DNA of 38,079 nucleotides from Macrostomum lignano (Eukaryota). The notes under the pieces were generated by a model that was given only the letters and a program-made list of their open reading frames with translations, searched no databases and was not told the DNA's origin. The position numbers were made by a program, and so were the translations under genes. The stretch spans positions 1,256,548 to 1,294,626 of the forward strand of contig NIVC01000094.1 in NCBI GenBank assembly GCA_002269645.1, in the 5' to 3' direction. Below are positions 11,001 to 23,000 of this stretch, one piece after another (position 1 is the stretch's first letter; each line of letters opens with the position of its first letter).

Positions 11001-14000
11001 TTGGGATCTGGGAAATCCTTTGGGATGTGGGAAATCCTTTGGGATCTGGGAAATCCTTTGGGATGTGGGAAATCCTTTGGGATCTGGGAAATCCTTTGGG
11101 ATGTGGGAAATCCTTTGGGATCTGAGAAATCTATGGGATATGAGAAATCTGTGGGATCTGAGAAATCGATGGGATCTGAGAAATCGATGGGATCTGAGAA
11201 ATCTATGGGATCTGAGAAATCTATGGGATCTGAGAAATCTATGGGATCTGAGAAATCTATGGAATCTGAGAAATCTATGGGATCTGGGAAATCTATGGGA
11301 TCTGAGAAATCTATGGGATCTGAGAAATCTATGGGATCTGAGAAATCTATGGGATCTGAGAAATCTATGGGATCTGAGAAATCTATGGGATCTGGGAAAT
11401 CTATGGGATCTGAGAAATCTATGGGATCTGAGAAATCTATGGGATCTGAGAAATCTATGGGATCTGAGAAATCTATGGGATCTGAGAAATCTATGGGATC
11501 TGGGAAATCTATGGGATCTGGGAAATCTATGGGATCTGAGAAATCTATGGAATCTGAGAAATCTATGGGATCTGAGAAATCTATGGAATCTGAGAAATCT
11601 ATGGGATCTGAGAAATCTATGGGATCTGAGAAATCTATGGGATCTGAGAAATCTATGGGATCTGAGAAATCTATGGGATCTGAGAAATCTATGGGATCTG
11701 AGAAATCTATGGGATCTGGGAAATCTATGGGATCTGGGAAATCTATGGGATCTGAGAAATCTATGGAATCTGAGAAATCTATGGGATCTGAGAAATCTAT
11801 GGAATCTGAGAAATCTATGGGATCTGAGAAATCTATGGAATCTGAGAAATCTATGGAATCTGAGAAATCTATGGGATCTGAGAAATCGAATCTCCACTCA
11901 CCTGGCAGGCGATCAGCAGGTGGCCCTCCGGCTGCCAGGCGAGGCCGCACACGGCGCTGTCGTGGACCCGAAGGCGGGCCAGCAGGCGGCCGGCCGGGGC
12001 CTCCCACAGCAGTAGGCAGCCGTCGAGGCCGCCGGAAGCGACGGCGCCGCAGTCGGGCAGGTAGCAGACGATGGTCACCGGGGCGGCGTGCCCGGCGCCT
12101 TGGCCGAGCTCCGGCAGCGGCCGATCGGCGATGCGCCACGTCCTGACGGTGGCGTCCGCGGCCGACAGGCTGGCGAGGAAGCGGCCCGAGCAGGCGGCCA
12201 GTCCGGACACGGGCCCGGCCGAGTGGCCGGTCAGCGGCCCGAGCGGGTTCGGCAGGAGCGGCTGGTGCACCTGCAGATTGCGGGGAAGGGGTGTGGCACC
12301 TCTGAGGCCAGCCCATCAAGCCCACACCGCCACCCCATCACCCACACCGCCACCCCATCACCCACACCGCCACCCCATCACCCACACCGCCACCCCATTA
12401 CCCACACCGCCACCCCATCACCCACACCACCACCCCATCACCCACACCGCCACCCCATCACCCACACCGCCACCCCATCAAAACCCACACCGCCACCCCA
12501 TCACCCACACCGCCACCCCATCACCCACACCGCCACCCCATCAAAACCCACACCGCCACCCCATCACCCACACGCCACCCCATCAAAACCCACACCGCCA
12601 CCCCATCACCTACACCGCCACCCCATCCAGTCACTCTCACCCGCACGACTCCGTCGTCGGAAGCGCCGCAGACCACGACGGCCTCGGCGGGCCGCCTGTC
12701 GGTGGGGGCGATCTGCCGCTTCCGCATGGTCGCCCGCTGCTTGTCTTCGTCCACCTGAGCGTCCCAGTCGCCTCCGCCACCGCCACGGCCGCAGCCGCCT
12801 CTACCGAAGTCGATGTCATCGAGTGACACCTTCACCGCGCCGCCATCGTCACTGTCCTCCTCCTCCGACGATGAAGAAGGAGAGGCTGGCAATTTCTTCT
12901 TCGACTTCTTCGACTTCGACGATGCAGCGGCAGCGGCCGTAGCGGCCGCTGAGGTTTTGGCTGCGGCCGCCGAGGTTTTGGCTGCGGCAGCTGAGCTCTT
13001 GGCGGCCGCTGACACAGTCGGCGGCCTCGCCAGCAGGCAGGCGTTGCTCCGCTGCTCCGCTCCGTACAGGGTGGTGGCTTCCACACCTACGGCGCGAACT
13101 TTACCGCCGGCCGAGGCCTCGGTGTAGGTCCAGAGCTTCAGCTCGCCTCCTGAGCACGAGCTGGCGAGGCAGTTCGGCAGGCCGCGGACGCAGCTGACAG
13201 CGGAGACGTGCCCGGTGAGGCGGAGCAGCTGGCTGAGGCTGTGGCTGTCGGGCTGGACTCGCCACAGCTTCACGCTGAAGTCGTTGGACCCGCTGACCAG
13301 GCGGAGCTCCGACTCGGCGCTGTCGGTTGCGCGGAAGCAGTCCAGGGAGGTCACCCAGTCTCCGTGCGCCTGCGGCTCGGTGTGCACCAGCGACTTGTCT
13401 GACAGATCGTACACCAGGATGCTCTGCGGGGTTGACGAGGGTGGACGGTGTCTCACCTGACTCATTATCTCACCTGACTCATTATCTCACCTGACTCATT
13501 ATCTCACCTGACTCATTATCTCACCTGACTCATTATCTCACCTGACTCATTATCTCACTTGACTCATTATCTCACTTGACTCATTATCTCACCTGACTCA
13601 TTATCTCACCTGACTCATTATCTCACCTGACTCATTATCTCACCTGAATCATTATCTCACTTGACTCATTTTCTCACCTGACTCATTATCCCCCTGACTC
13701 ATAGTCCCACCTCGCAGACTCACCGCATCATTGGCGCCGGTGAAGCCCAAGCTGCCGTCGGGCGCCAAGGCGCAGGCCAGCACGGCGCCCTTGTGGTGGT
13801 TGAACACCGTCGAACATTCGCGCAGTCCGGCGTCCCACAGCCGGGCGGTGCAGTCCTCGGACGCCGACATGACGAGGCCGGGCGCGCAGGCCAGGGCGGT
13901 GACCCGGCCGCTGTGGCCGCCGCGGCCGGCCCTGCCGGAGGTGGACACCAGCTGCAAGGTCCGCTTGCCGGCCGAGTCGAAGGCCACCCGAAGCAGTCGC

Positions 14001-17000
14001 AGGGCGGCATCGTCGCAGCCGCAGTACAGCTGGCAGGAGTCGCCGCCGCCTGGCGCGAACTGCAGCGCGCCGACGCTGGCGTAGTCGGAGCGGATCCGCA
14101 GCTCGGCCACCGGCTGGCCGGTGAACGGCCGGTGCAGGCGGACGCGGCCGGAGTGGCTACCCGACGCCAGCAGGCTGAAGCCGGCATCGGCGGCCAGCGA
14201 CATCACCCGGTCGGCGCTGGTGGCCGGGCGGCCGGCTTCGTCCGAGGAGTCCCCGATGGCGCAGACGAGGCGGCCGAGACCGGACGACCACAGGGCTGGC
14301 CGGAGACCCGTGTCCGCGGTGACCAGATGCTCGCCTGGACAGTGATTGACAGATGAGAAAAATTAACGGCATTTTCGAATTTTCGAAATACACGTGATGC
14401 CAGATTCGAATACGAGTGATGCCAGATTCGAATTCTGTCACTCACCTGTCAAGCTGAACACAAGCGCAGTGGCAGGCAGCCCGGCAGACCTGATCAGCCC
14501 CACGGGCACTCCGGTCGCGGTGTCCCACACACGCAGCTCGCCGTCCATGGAGCCGGACACGAGGTGGCCGCCAGTGTGCCGGCTGAAGGCCACGGCTCGA
14601 ACTGCCGCGCGGTGACCGCGCAGCACCGCCGTTCGGCTGTGCGCCAGGCTGTCCAACAGCTTCACCGAGGCGTCCCAGCAGCCTGCGGCCAGCAGCTTCC
14701 CCTCCGGGTGGAAGGCGGCGCAGTTGATGGGCGACCTGCGGCGGTTGGGCGAAGTGACATTGTCTAGGGGTGGGTGACTAGAAGAGTGACATTGTCTATG
14801 GGTCAGCGACTAGAAGAGTGACATTGTTTATGGGTCAGCGATTAGGAGAGTGACATTGTCTAGGGGTGGGTGTCTAGAAGAGTGACATTGTCTAGGGGTG
14901 GGTGTCTACCTAGAAGAGTGACATTGTTTAGGGGTGGGTGACTAGAAGAGTGACATTGTCAATGGGTGGGTGTCTAGGAGAGTGACATTGTCTAGAGGTG
15001 GATGACTAGAAGAGCGACATTGTCTAGGGTTGGGTGACTAGAAGAGTGACATTGTCAATGGGTGGGTGTCTAGGAGAGTGACATTGTCTAGGGGTGGGTG
15101 ACTAGAAGAGTGACATTGCCTAGGGTTGAGTGACTAGAAGAGTGACATTGTCTAGGGTTGGGTGACTAGAAGAGTGACATTGCCTAGGGTTGAGTGACTA
15201 GAAGAGTGACATTGTCTAGGGTTGGGTGACTAGAAGTGACATTGTCTAGGGTTGAGTGACTAGAAGATTGACATTGTCAATGGGTGGGTGTCTAGAAGAG
15301 TGACATTGTCTAGGGGTGGGTGACTAGAAGAGTGACATTGCCTAGGGTTGAGTGACTAGAAGAGTGACATTGTCTAGGGTTGGGTGACTAGAAGTGACAT
15401 TGTCTAGGGTTGAGTGACTAGAAGAGTGACGTTGTCAATGGGTGGGTGTCTAGAAGAGTGACATTGTCTAGGGTGGATAACTGTGGTGAATGGCAGACTC
15501 ATAACCCTGCTCACTTAGTCCTGAAGTGGTAGCTCAGCTCGCCGGTCGCGGCATTGCGCAGCAGCACGAATCCGTCCAGGCCAGCCGAGGCGAACAGGTC
15601 GCCCCTCGGATTGGCCACCAGGGCGGTGACCCTGCGCACGTGGCCCTTGAGGTTGGCCAGCCGGACCCCGGCGCCGGAGTCCCACAGGTTGACGAAGCCG
15701 TCCTTGGACGCCGTGGCCAGGCGGCCGGCGCCGGCGCCAACAAAGCAGACGGCGGTGACCTCGGCGCTGTGGCCGGACAGCGATTTGATCTCGCGGCCGG
15801 TGTCGCTCTGCCGGAGCACCACGTCGCCGTCGATGGTGCCAACGGCGAGGGCGCCGACCGAGTCAGCGGCCAGGCAGGTTGGCGTCGATGAGAAGCCGTC
15901 CAGGGTGAGCTGGCAGGCGATGTTGCCGCCGTTGGCCGGCTGGAGGTCGTCCTTGTTGCGCCACACGATGGCGCTGGCGGCTCGGCCCCGAGCGGCACGG
16001 CCGGACAGGGCGGATTCGGCGTCCTGGCAGACGGCCGAGTCGGCGTGGTAGTTCAGCGCCAGCTGGTAGATCAGCTCCGGGTACCTGGCGGATTATGAGG
16101 ATTAGCGGACTGAGTGGGATTATATGAGTCATTGAGGATTACAAGAGTAGGATTATTTGATTATCAGGACAAAAGTAGGATTAGCGGATTAGCGGATTAT
16201 CAGGAGAGTAGGATAGCGGATTATCAGGAGACGAGTAGGATTAGCGGATTAGCAGGACAAGAATAGGATTAGCGGATTAGCAGGACATGAATAGGATTAG
16301 CGGATTAGCAGGACAAGAGTAGGATTAGCGTAAGATTAGCGGATTAGAAGGACAAGAGTAGGATTAGCGGATTAGCAGGACAAGAGTAGGATTAGCGGAT
16401 TAGCAGGACAAGAGTAGAATTAGCGGATTCATGACAGCTAAAGACAGAAAAAGCAGACAGCCACTCACTTGGTGAGGTGGTTGACGCAGTCGAAGGCGAA
16501 CTGCTTGTAGTCCTGGAAGCGCTGGCTGGCCTCCATCTTCTTGCGCTCCCGCAGCATCGGGCCATTGGGATTGGCTGTGGAAAGCGCAAAAAAACAACCA
16601 CGAAAAATTGTTTCAAAGCGCTACGTGCTACTAAGAGTAGCTTAATGAAATCATAAAAAACTACTCACCAACTCCGAGATAGTTTTCTAGCAAGTCCCTC
16701 GGATTGCCCTGTGTGCACTTGGCCTTCAGGAAGTCCAGGTTCGTGAGCAACGACTCAAGCAGGCCGTATTTCAGAGATCGCTCCTGACGGGGTTCACAGT
16801 TCGCAGCGATTGAGTCAGCGTAAATATAAGCTTATTTCACTTTCGCACAATCTGCTACATTAACAATCTGCAACAGCAAAGCTACAATCTGCAACAGCAC
16901 AGCTACAATCTGCAACAGCAGATACAATCTGCAACAGCACAACTAAAATCTGCAACAGCAAAGCTACAATCTGCAACAGCACAGCTACAATCTGCAACAG

Positions 17001-20000
17001 CACAACTAAAATCTGCAACAGCAAAGTTACAATCTGCAACAGCAAAGCTACAGTCTGCAACAGCAAAGCTACAATCTGCAACAGCACAGCTACAATCTGC
17101 AACAGCACAGCTACAATCTGCAACAGCAAAGCTACAATCTGCAACAGCAAAGCTACAATCTGCAATAGCAAAGCTACAGTCTGCAACAGCACAGCTACAG
17201 TCTGCAACAGCACAGCTACAATCTGCAACAGCACAACTACAATCTGCAACAGCACAGCTACAATCTGCAACAGCAAAGCTACAATCTGCAACAGCAAAGC
17301 TACAATCTGCAACAGCACAGCTACAATCTGCAACAGCACAGCTACAATCTGCAACAGCAAAGCTACAGTCTGCAACAGCACAGCTACAATCTGCAACAGC
17401 AAAGCTACAATCTGCAACAGCACAGCTACAATCTGCAACAGCAGATACAATTTGCAACAGCACAGCTACAATCTGCAACAGCACAGCTACAATCTGCAAC
17501 AGCACAACTAAAATCTGCAACAGCAAAGCTACAATCTGCAACAGCACAGCTACAATCTGCAACAGCAGATACAATCTGCAACAGCACAACTAAAATCTGC
17601 AACAGCAAAGCTACAATCTGCAACAGCACAGCTACAATCTGCAACAGCACAACTAAAATCTGCAACAGCAAAGTTACAATCTGCAACAGCAAAGCTACAG
17701 TCTGCAACAGCAAAGCTACAATCTGCAACAGCACAGCTACAATCTGCAACAGCACAGCTACAATCTGCAACAGCAAAGCTACAATCTGCAACAGCAAAGC
17801 TACAATCTGCAATAGCAAAGCTACAGTCTGCAACAGCACAGCTACAGTCTGCAACAGCACAACTACAATCTGCAACAGCACAGCTACAATCTGCAACAGC
17901 AAAGCTACAATCTGCAACAGCAAAGCTACAATCTGCAACAGCACAGCTACAATCTGCAACAGCACAGCTACAATCTGCAACAGCAAAGCTACAGTCTGCA
18001 ACAGCACAGCTACAATCTGCAACAGCAAAGCTACAATCTGCAACAGCACAGCTACAATCTGCAACAGCAAAGCTACAATCTGCAACAGCAAAGCTACAAT
18101 CTGCAACAGCACAGCTACAATCTGCAACAGCACAGCTACAATCTACAACAGCAAAGCTACAATCTGCAACAGCAAAGCTACAATCTGCAACAGCACAGCT
18201 ACAATCTGCAACATCACAGCTACAGTCTGCAACAGCACAGCTACAATCTGCAACAGCAAAGCTACAATCTGCAACAGCACAGCTACAACAATTTACAATC
18301 TGCGCTCACCAGATGATACGGCAGCTCCGCCAGCGCTCGGCCGTCGGCGCCATCAAAGCTGGCTGGCCGGTTGCAGCGCAGCAGGAAGGTGTGCGCCAAC
18401 ACCCGATGGCAGAAGGACTCGGCGGCAGCGGCGGCGGCCCCGGCCAGGTAGCGCTCCCGGACAGCGCGGCAGGCGTCCTCGCCTTGCAGCCGAATCAGCG
18501 AGGCGGCGTTCTCAACTCCGCCGTTGCCAAGCAGAGCGCCCAGACCGGCAACCAGCTGAGCGACGTTCAGTTGAGGCACCAGCATCCCGGGCTCCACAGC
18601 CTGCTGCTGCTCGGCTGAGTCATCCAGCTCGCGATTCGATGATCCCAGCTGCTGGCGGCTCTTGAGCAGGCCGAACACTGACAGCGCCAAGCGGAGCTCG
18701 GACTCACTCAGGCCGTCGCGAGCCAGCAGCAGCAGGCAGGCGGCAGCCGAGACCAATTCTACGCCGCACTGAGTCTCCAGCCTGGCCAGCACGAATGACA
18801 CCAGCTGGGGCAGCGTCTGTGGCAGCTGCTTCAGCTGTTCGCTCAGGCTCTCGTGCAGTCCCAATAGGCGGATTTCGTCGCAGACGAGGCGCAGATAAGC
18901 TGGCAGGCCGGACTGCTTCTTGCCGGTGATCAGGCGCATCTGCGGTATTTACAGGCGGTGAAATCAAAGGCGGTGAGATCAAAGGCGGTGAGATCAAAGG
19001 CGGTGAGATCAAAGGCGGTGAGATCAAAGGCGGTGAGTTCAAAGGCGGTGACATCAAAGGCGGTGAGATCAAAAGCGGTGAGATCAAAGGCGGTAAGATC
19101 AAAGGCGGTAAGATCAAAGGCGGTAAGATCAAAGGCGGTGAGATCAAAGGCGGTGAGATCAAAGGCGGTGAGATCAAAGGCGGTGAGATCAAAGGCGGTG
19201 AGATCAAAGGCGGTGAGATCAAAGGCGGCGAGATCAAATGCGGTGAGATCAAAGGCGGTGAGATCAAAGGCGGTGAGATCAAAGGCGGTGAGATCAAAGG
19301 CGGTGAGATCAAAGGCGGTGAGATCAAAGGCGTTGAGATCAAAGGCGTTGAGATCAAAGGCGTTGAGATCAAAGGCGGTTAGATCAAAGGCGGTTAGATC
19401 AAAGGCGGTTAGATCAAAGGCGGTTAGATCAAAGGCGGTTAGATCAAAGGCGGTTAGATCAAAGGCGGTTAGATCAAAGGCGGTTAGATCAAAGGCGGTT
19501 AGATCAAAGGCGGTTAGATCAAAGGCGGTTAGATCAAAGGCGGTGAGATCAAAGGCGGTGAGATCAAAGGCGGTGAGATCAAAGGCGGTGAGATCAATGG
19601 CGGTGAGATCAAAGGCGGTGAGATCAAAGTCGATTAGATCAAAGGTGGTGAGATCAAAGGCGGTGAAATAAAAGGCGTTAAGATCAATGACGGTAAGATC
19701 AAAGGCGGTGAGATCAAAGGTGGTGTGATTAAAGGCGGTGATATCAAAGGCGGCATGATAACAGTCTAAGATGAGACACGTGGAGTACAAAAAGCGATTA
19801 GATGAAAGGCGGTGACATCAATGCGGTGAGATGAAAGTTGCTGAGATCATAGGCGGCAGAATGAAGACCGAACATACCTGGTTATTGAAGGCGGCTTCGT
19901 CCAAAGACTTGCTGAACTTGGCCAGCATTTGCTGCATAATCTCCGACCGATCCAGAACGTCCAGCACACCAAGGCTGAACTCGTGCTTGTCCGGCCTACG

Positions 20001-23000
20001 GAGCAGGGACTTGTGCACCGTGGAGTTCGCGTTCACCGTGATCACCGCCACGATGTTCTGTGGGGTAAGATTTTATGGGTCTTTTTGTAATTGATTCGAA
20101 TTTTGAAATGGAAATTTTTGTTTAATTCGATACATATCGGCTAATTTCAACAGACAACTAATGTGAATTAAAATTGTACTTTCAAGAAATATTCATTTCT
20201 TAACATATCGGCTACTTTAGGGACAAAAAATCAAAAGTAATTTTTCACTAGAGATATTTACTTTGATACATATCGGCAATTTTCCGTGACAAGCAAAACA
20301 ATTATTCTATTAGATACAATGTTTTGGATACATCTCCGCTACATTCAGCTTTGGAAAATTTTCTATTTGGAAAAATTATTATCGATACATGCCGGCTACT
20401 TTCGGAGCATAAAACCTGCAGTTTGAATTTTTTCACTTAGAAACATCAATTTCGATACATATCGGCTGCTTTCAGAACATAAATTCAGATCGATTGGATG
20501 TATAAATTTTCCCTGGAAAAATATTAATTTCGAAACATATCGGCATAACTCAGGCAGAGGCACCACCGACAGAAACATTATTTTTCGCTTAAAACAAATT
20601 TCGATACATATCGGCAGCTTTCAGAACATAAAAAGTATAAACTGATTAAATACACAAATTTCCCCTTGAAAAAACATTAATTTCAATACATATCGGCATA
20701 CCTCGGGCAGAGGCACCGGCAGCCAGCTGAAGCTCTTAGCCTCGTTGATGTCCTCCATCAGCTCGAAGCCGTCGATGAAGATGGTAAACTTTCCCCGCTT
20801 CCCCACCGCTGTCAGAAGCTCCGAGAAGCGCTCCACCAGACTCCTGCGATGAGGGTCACGAGTGATGTAATTTTTTTAATTTTCTAATTAGCACCAAGCT
20901 ACCCATAAAATCGATCGGGCCGCCAACTCACTTGAAGCTGCACTGGGCCGGCAGGTCACCCAGCCCGAATCTGCGCGCCAGCTCGTGGCAGATTCGCTGC
21001 AGAGTCGGGTGGATGAAATTGGAGCCAGGCGAGGCGCCGACAAAGTGCGCGATGCTCCACACTGGCTGGCAGGCCGCGCGCACGGCGTGGGCCTGATAGC
21101 GAATACAGGGGTTTGGGATGCTTTACTATGCGTTCTTCGATACATATCGGCAATCTTTTCAATCGTTTCAATCTGAATGCTTACGTTCAACTCGGACAGT
21201 CTTTTCTCTAAGTTTTAACAGAGTTTCTTCCCATGCTTCCTCAATCATCCTATCTCACCTATTCATCTCATCTCTTCTCCGTGTCTTCTCATCTCTTCTC
21301 CGTGTCTTCCCATCTGTTCCCAGACTCACCATGAAGGCCGTCTTGCCGCAGCCGGGCTGCCCCACTACGGGCACCACGCCCGAGCGAACGGAGCCCAGCA
21401 GCTTCTTCAGCGCTTTGACCTGCGTCTCGCGGCCAACAAAGTCGGCCTGCTGCCGCTGCAGGAAGCCGGCCTGCAGGCCCTCCGTGTGCTCCGCCTCGTC
21501 AACGAAAGCCGCTGTCGAGGCGCCGCCGTCTTCGTCATCATCGTCGTCCGCGTCAGCGCCGTCACAGAAGCGCGCCTGCAGAGCCAGCAGGAGGCTGGCG
21601 TACAGGCGGCCGCCCAGGTCCTCCAGGCCCGTCAGCAGCGGCCGGCCGTCCAGCACCAGACCCCAGCGGCCGGAGTAGCTGTGGACAACGCAGCCGCTGT
21701 GCTGCACCATCGACCTGCGGGGTGGGCAAGGGAAGGGGGAATTCTGGGAATTGGTAGCGAAGCCCAGGTTTGACAGAATTCCCAATGGGAAAGACAGGGG
21801 AAGGGATGGGAAAGACAGAGGAAGAGATGGGAAAGACAAGGGAAGAGATGGGAAAGACAGGGGAAGAGATGGGAAAGACAGGGAAGAGATGGGAAAGACA
21901 GAGGAAGAGATGGGAAAGACAGGGGAAGAGATGGGAAAGACAGGAGAAGAGATGGGAAATACAGAGAAAGAGATGGGAAAGACAGAGGAAGAGATGGGAA
22001 AGACAGAGGGAAGAGATGGGAAAGACAGGGGAAGAGATGGGAAAGACAGGGGAAGAGATGGGAAAGACAGGGGAGAGATGGGAAAGACAGGGGAAGAGGT
22101 GAGAAAGACAGAGGGAAGAGATGGGAAAGACAGGGGAAGAGATGAGAAAGACAGAGAGAAGAGATGGGAAAGGCAGGGGAAGAGGTGAGAAAGACAGGGG
22201 AAGAGATGGGAAAGACAGGGGAAGAGATGGGAAGACAGAGAGAAGAGATGGGAAAGGCAGGGGAAGAGGTGAGAAAGACAGAGGGAAGAGATGGGAAAGA
22301 CAGGGAAGAGGTGAGAAAGACAGAGGGAAGAGATGGGAAAGACAGGGGAAGAGATGGGAAAGACAGGGAAGAGATGAGAAAGACAGAGAGAAGAGATGGG
22401 AAAGGCAGGGGAAGAGGTGAGAAAGACAGGGGAAGAGGTGAGAAAGACAGGGGAAGAGGTGAGAAATACAGAGGGAAGAGATGGGAAAGACAGGGGAAGA
22501 GGTGAGAAAGACAGAGGTAAGAGATGGGAAAGACAGGGGAAGAGGTGAGAAAGACAGAGGGAAGAGATGGGAAAGGCAGGGGAAGAGGTGAGAAAGACAG
22601 AGGGAAGAGATGGAAAGACAGAGAGAAGAAATGGGAAAGGCAGGGGAAGAGATGGGAAAGACAGGGGAAGGGATGGGAAATACAGAGGGAAGAGATGGGA
22701 AAGACAGGGGAAGAGATGGGAAAGGCAGGGGAAGAGATGGGAAAGACAGGGGAAGGGATGGGAAAGACAGGGGAAGAGATGGGAAAGACAGGGGAAGGGA
22801 TGGGAAAGACAGGGGAAGGGATGGGAAAGACAGGGGAAGAGATGGGAAATACAGAGGAAGAGATGGGAAAGACAGAGGAAGAGATGGGAAAGACAGGGGA
22901 AGGGATGGGAAAGACAGGGTAAGGGATGGGAAAGACAGGGTAAGGGATGGGAAAGACAGAGGGAAGAGATGGGAAAGACAGAGGGAAGAGATGGGAAGAC

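Noticed and set aside
14753-15476. Telomere-like tagggttggg motifs inside a telomerase-associated gene
   Set aside because: These are isolated pieces of a 32-bp unit, not (TTAGGG)n; the resemblance is coincidental.
10776-19790. Periodic ORFs (SDPIDF, GSEKSM, LLQIVA, AFDLT, RSKAV)
   Set aside because: They are open in several frames and on both strands because the units lack stops, and they lie inside phase-consistent TEP1 introns.
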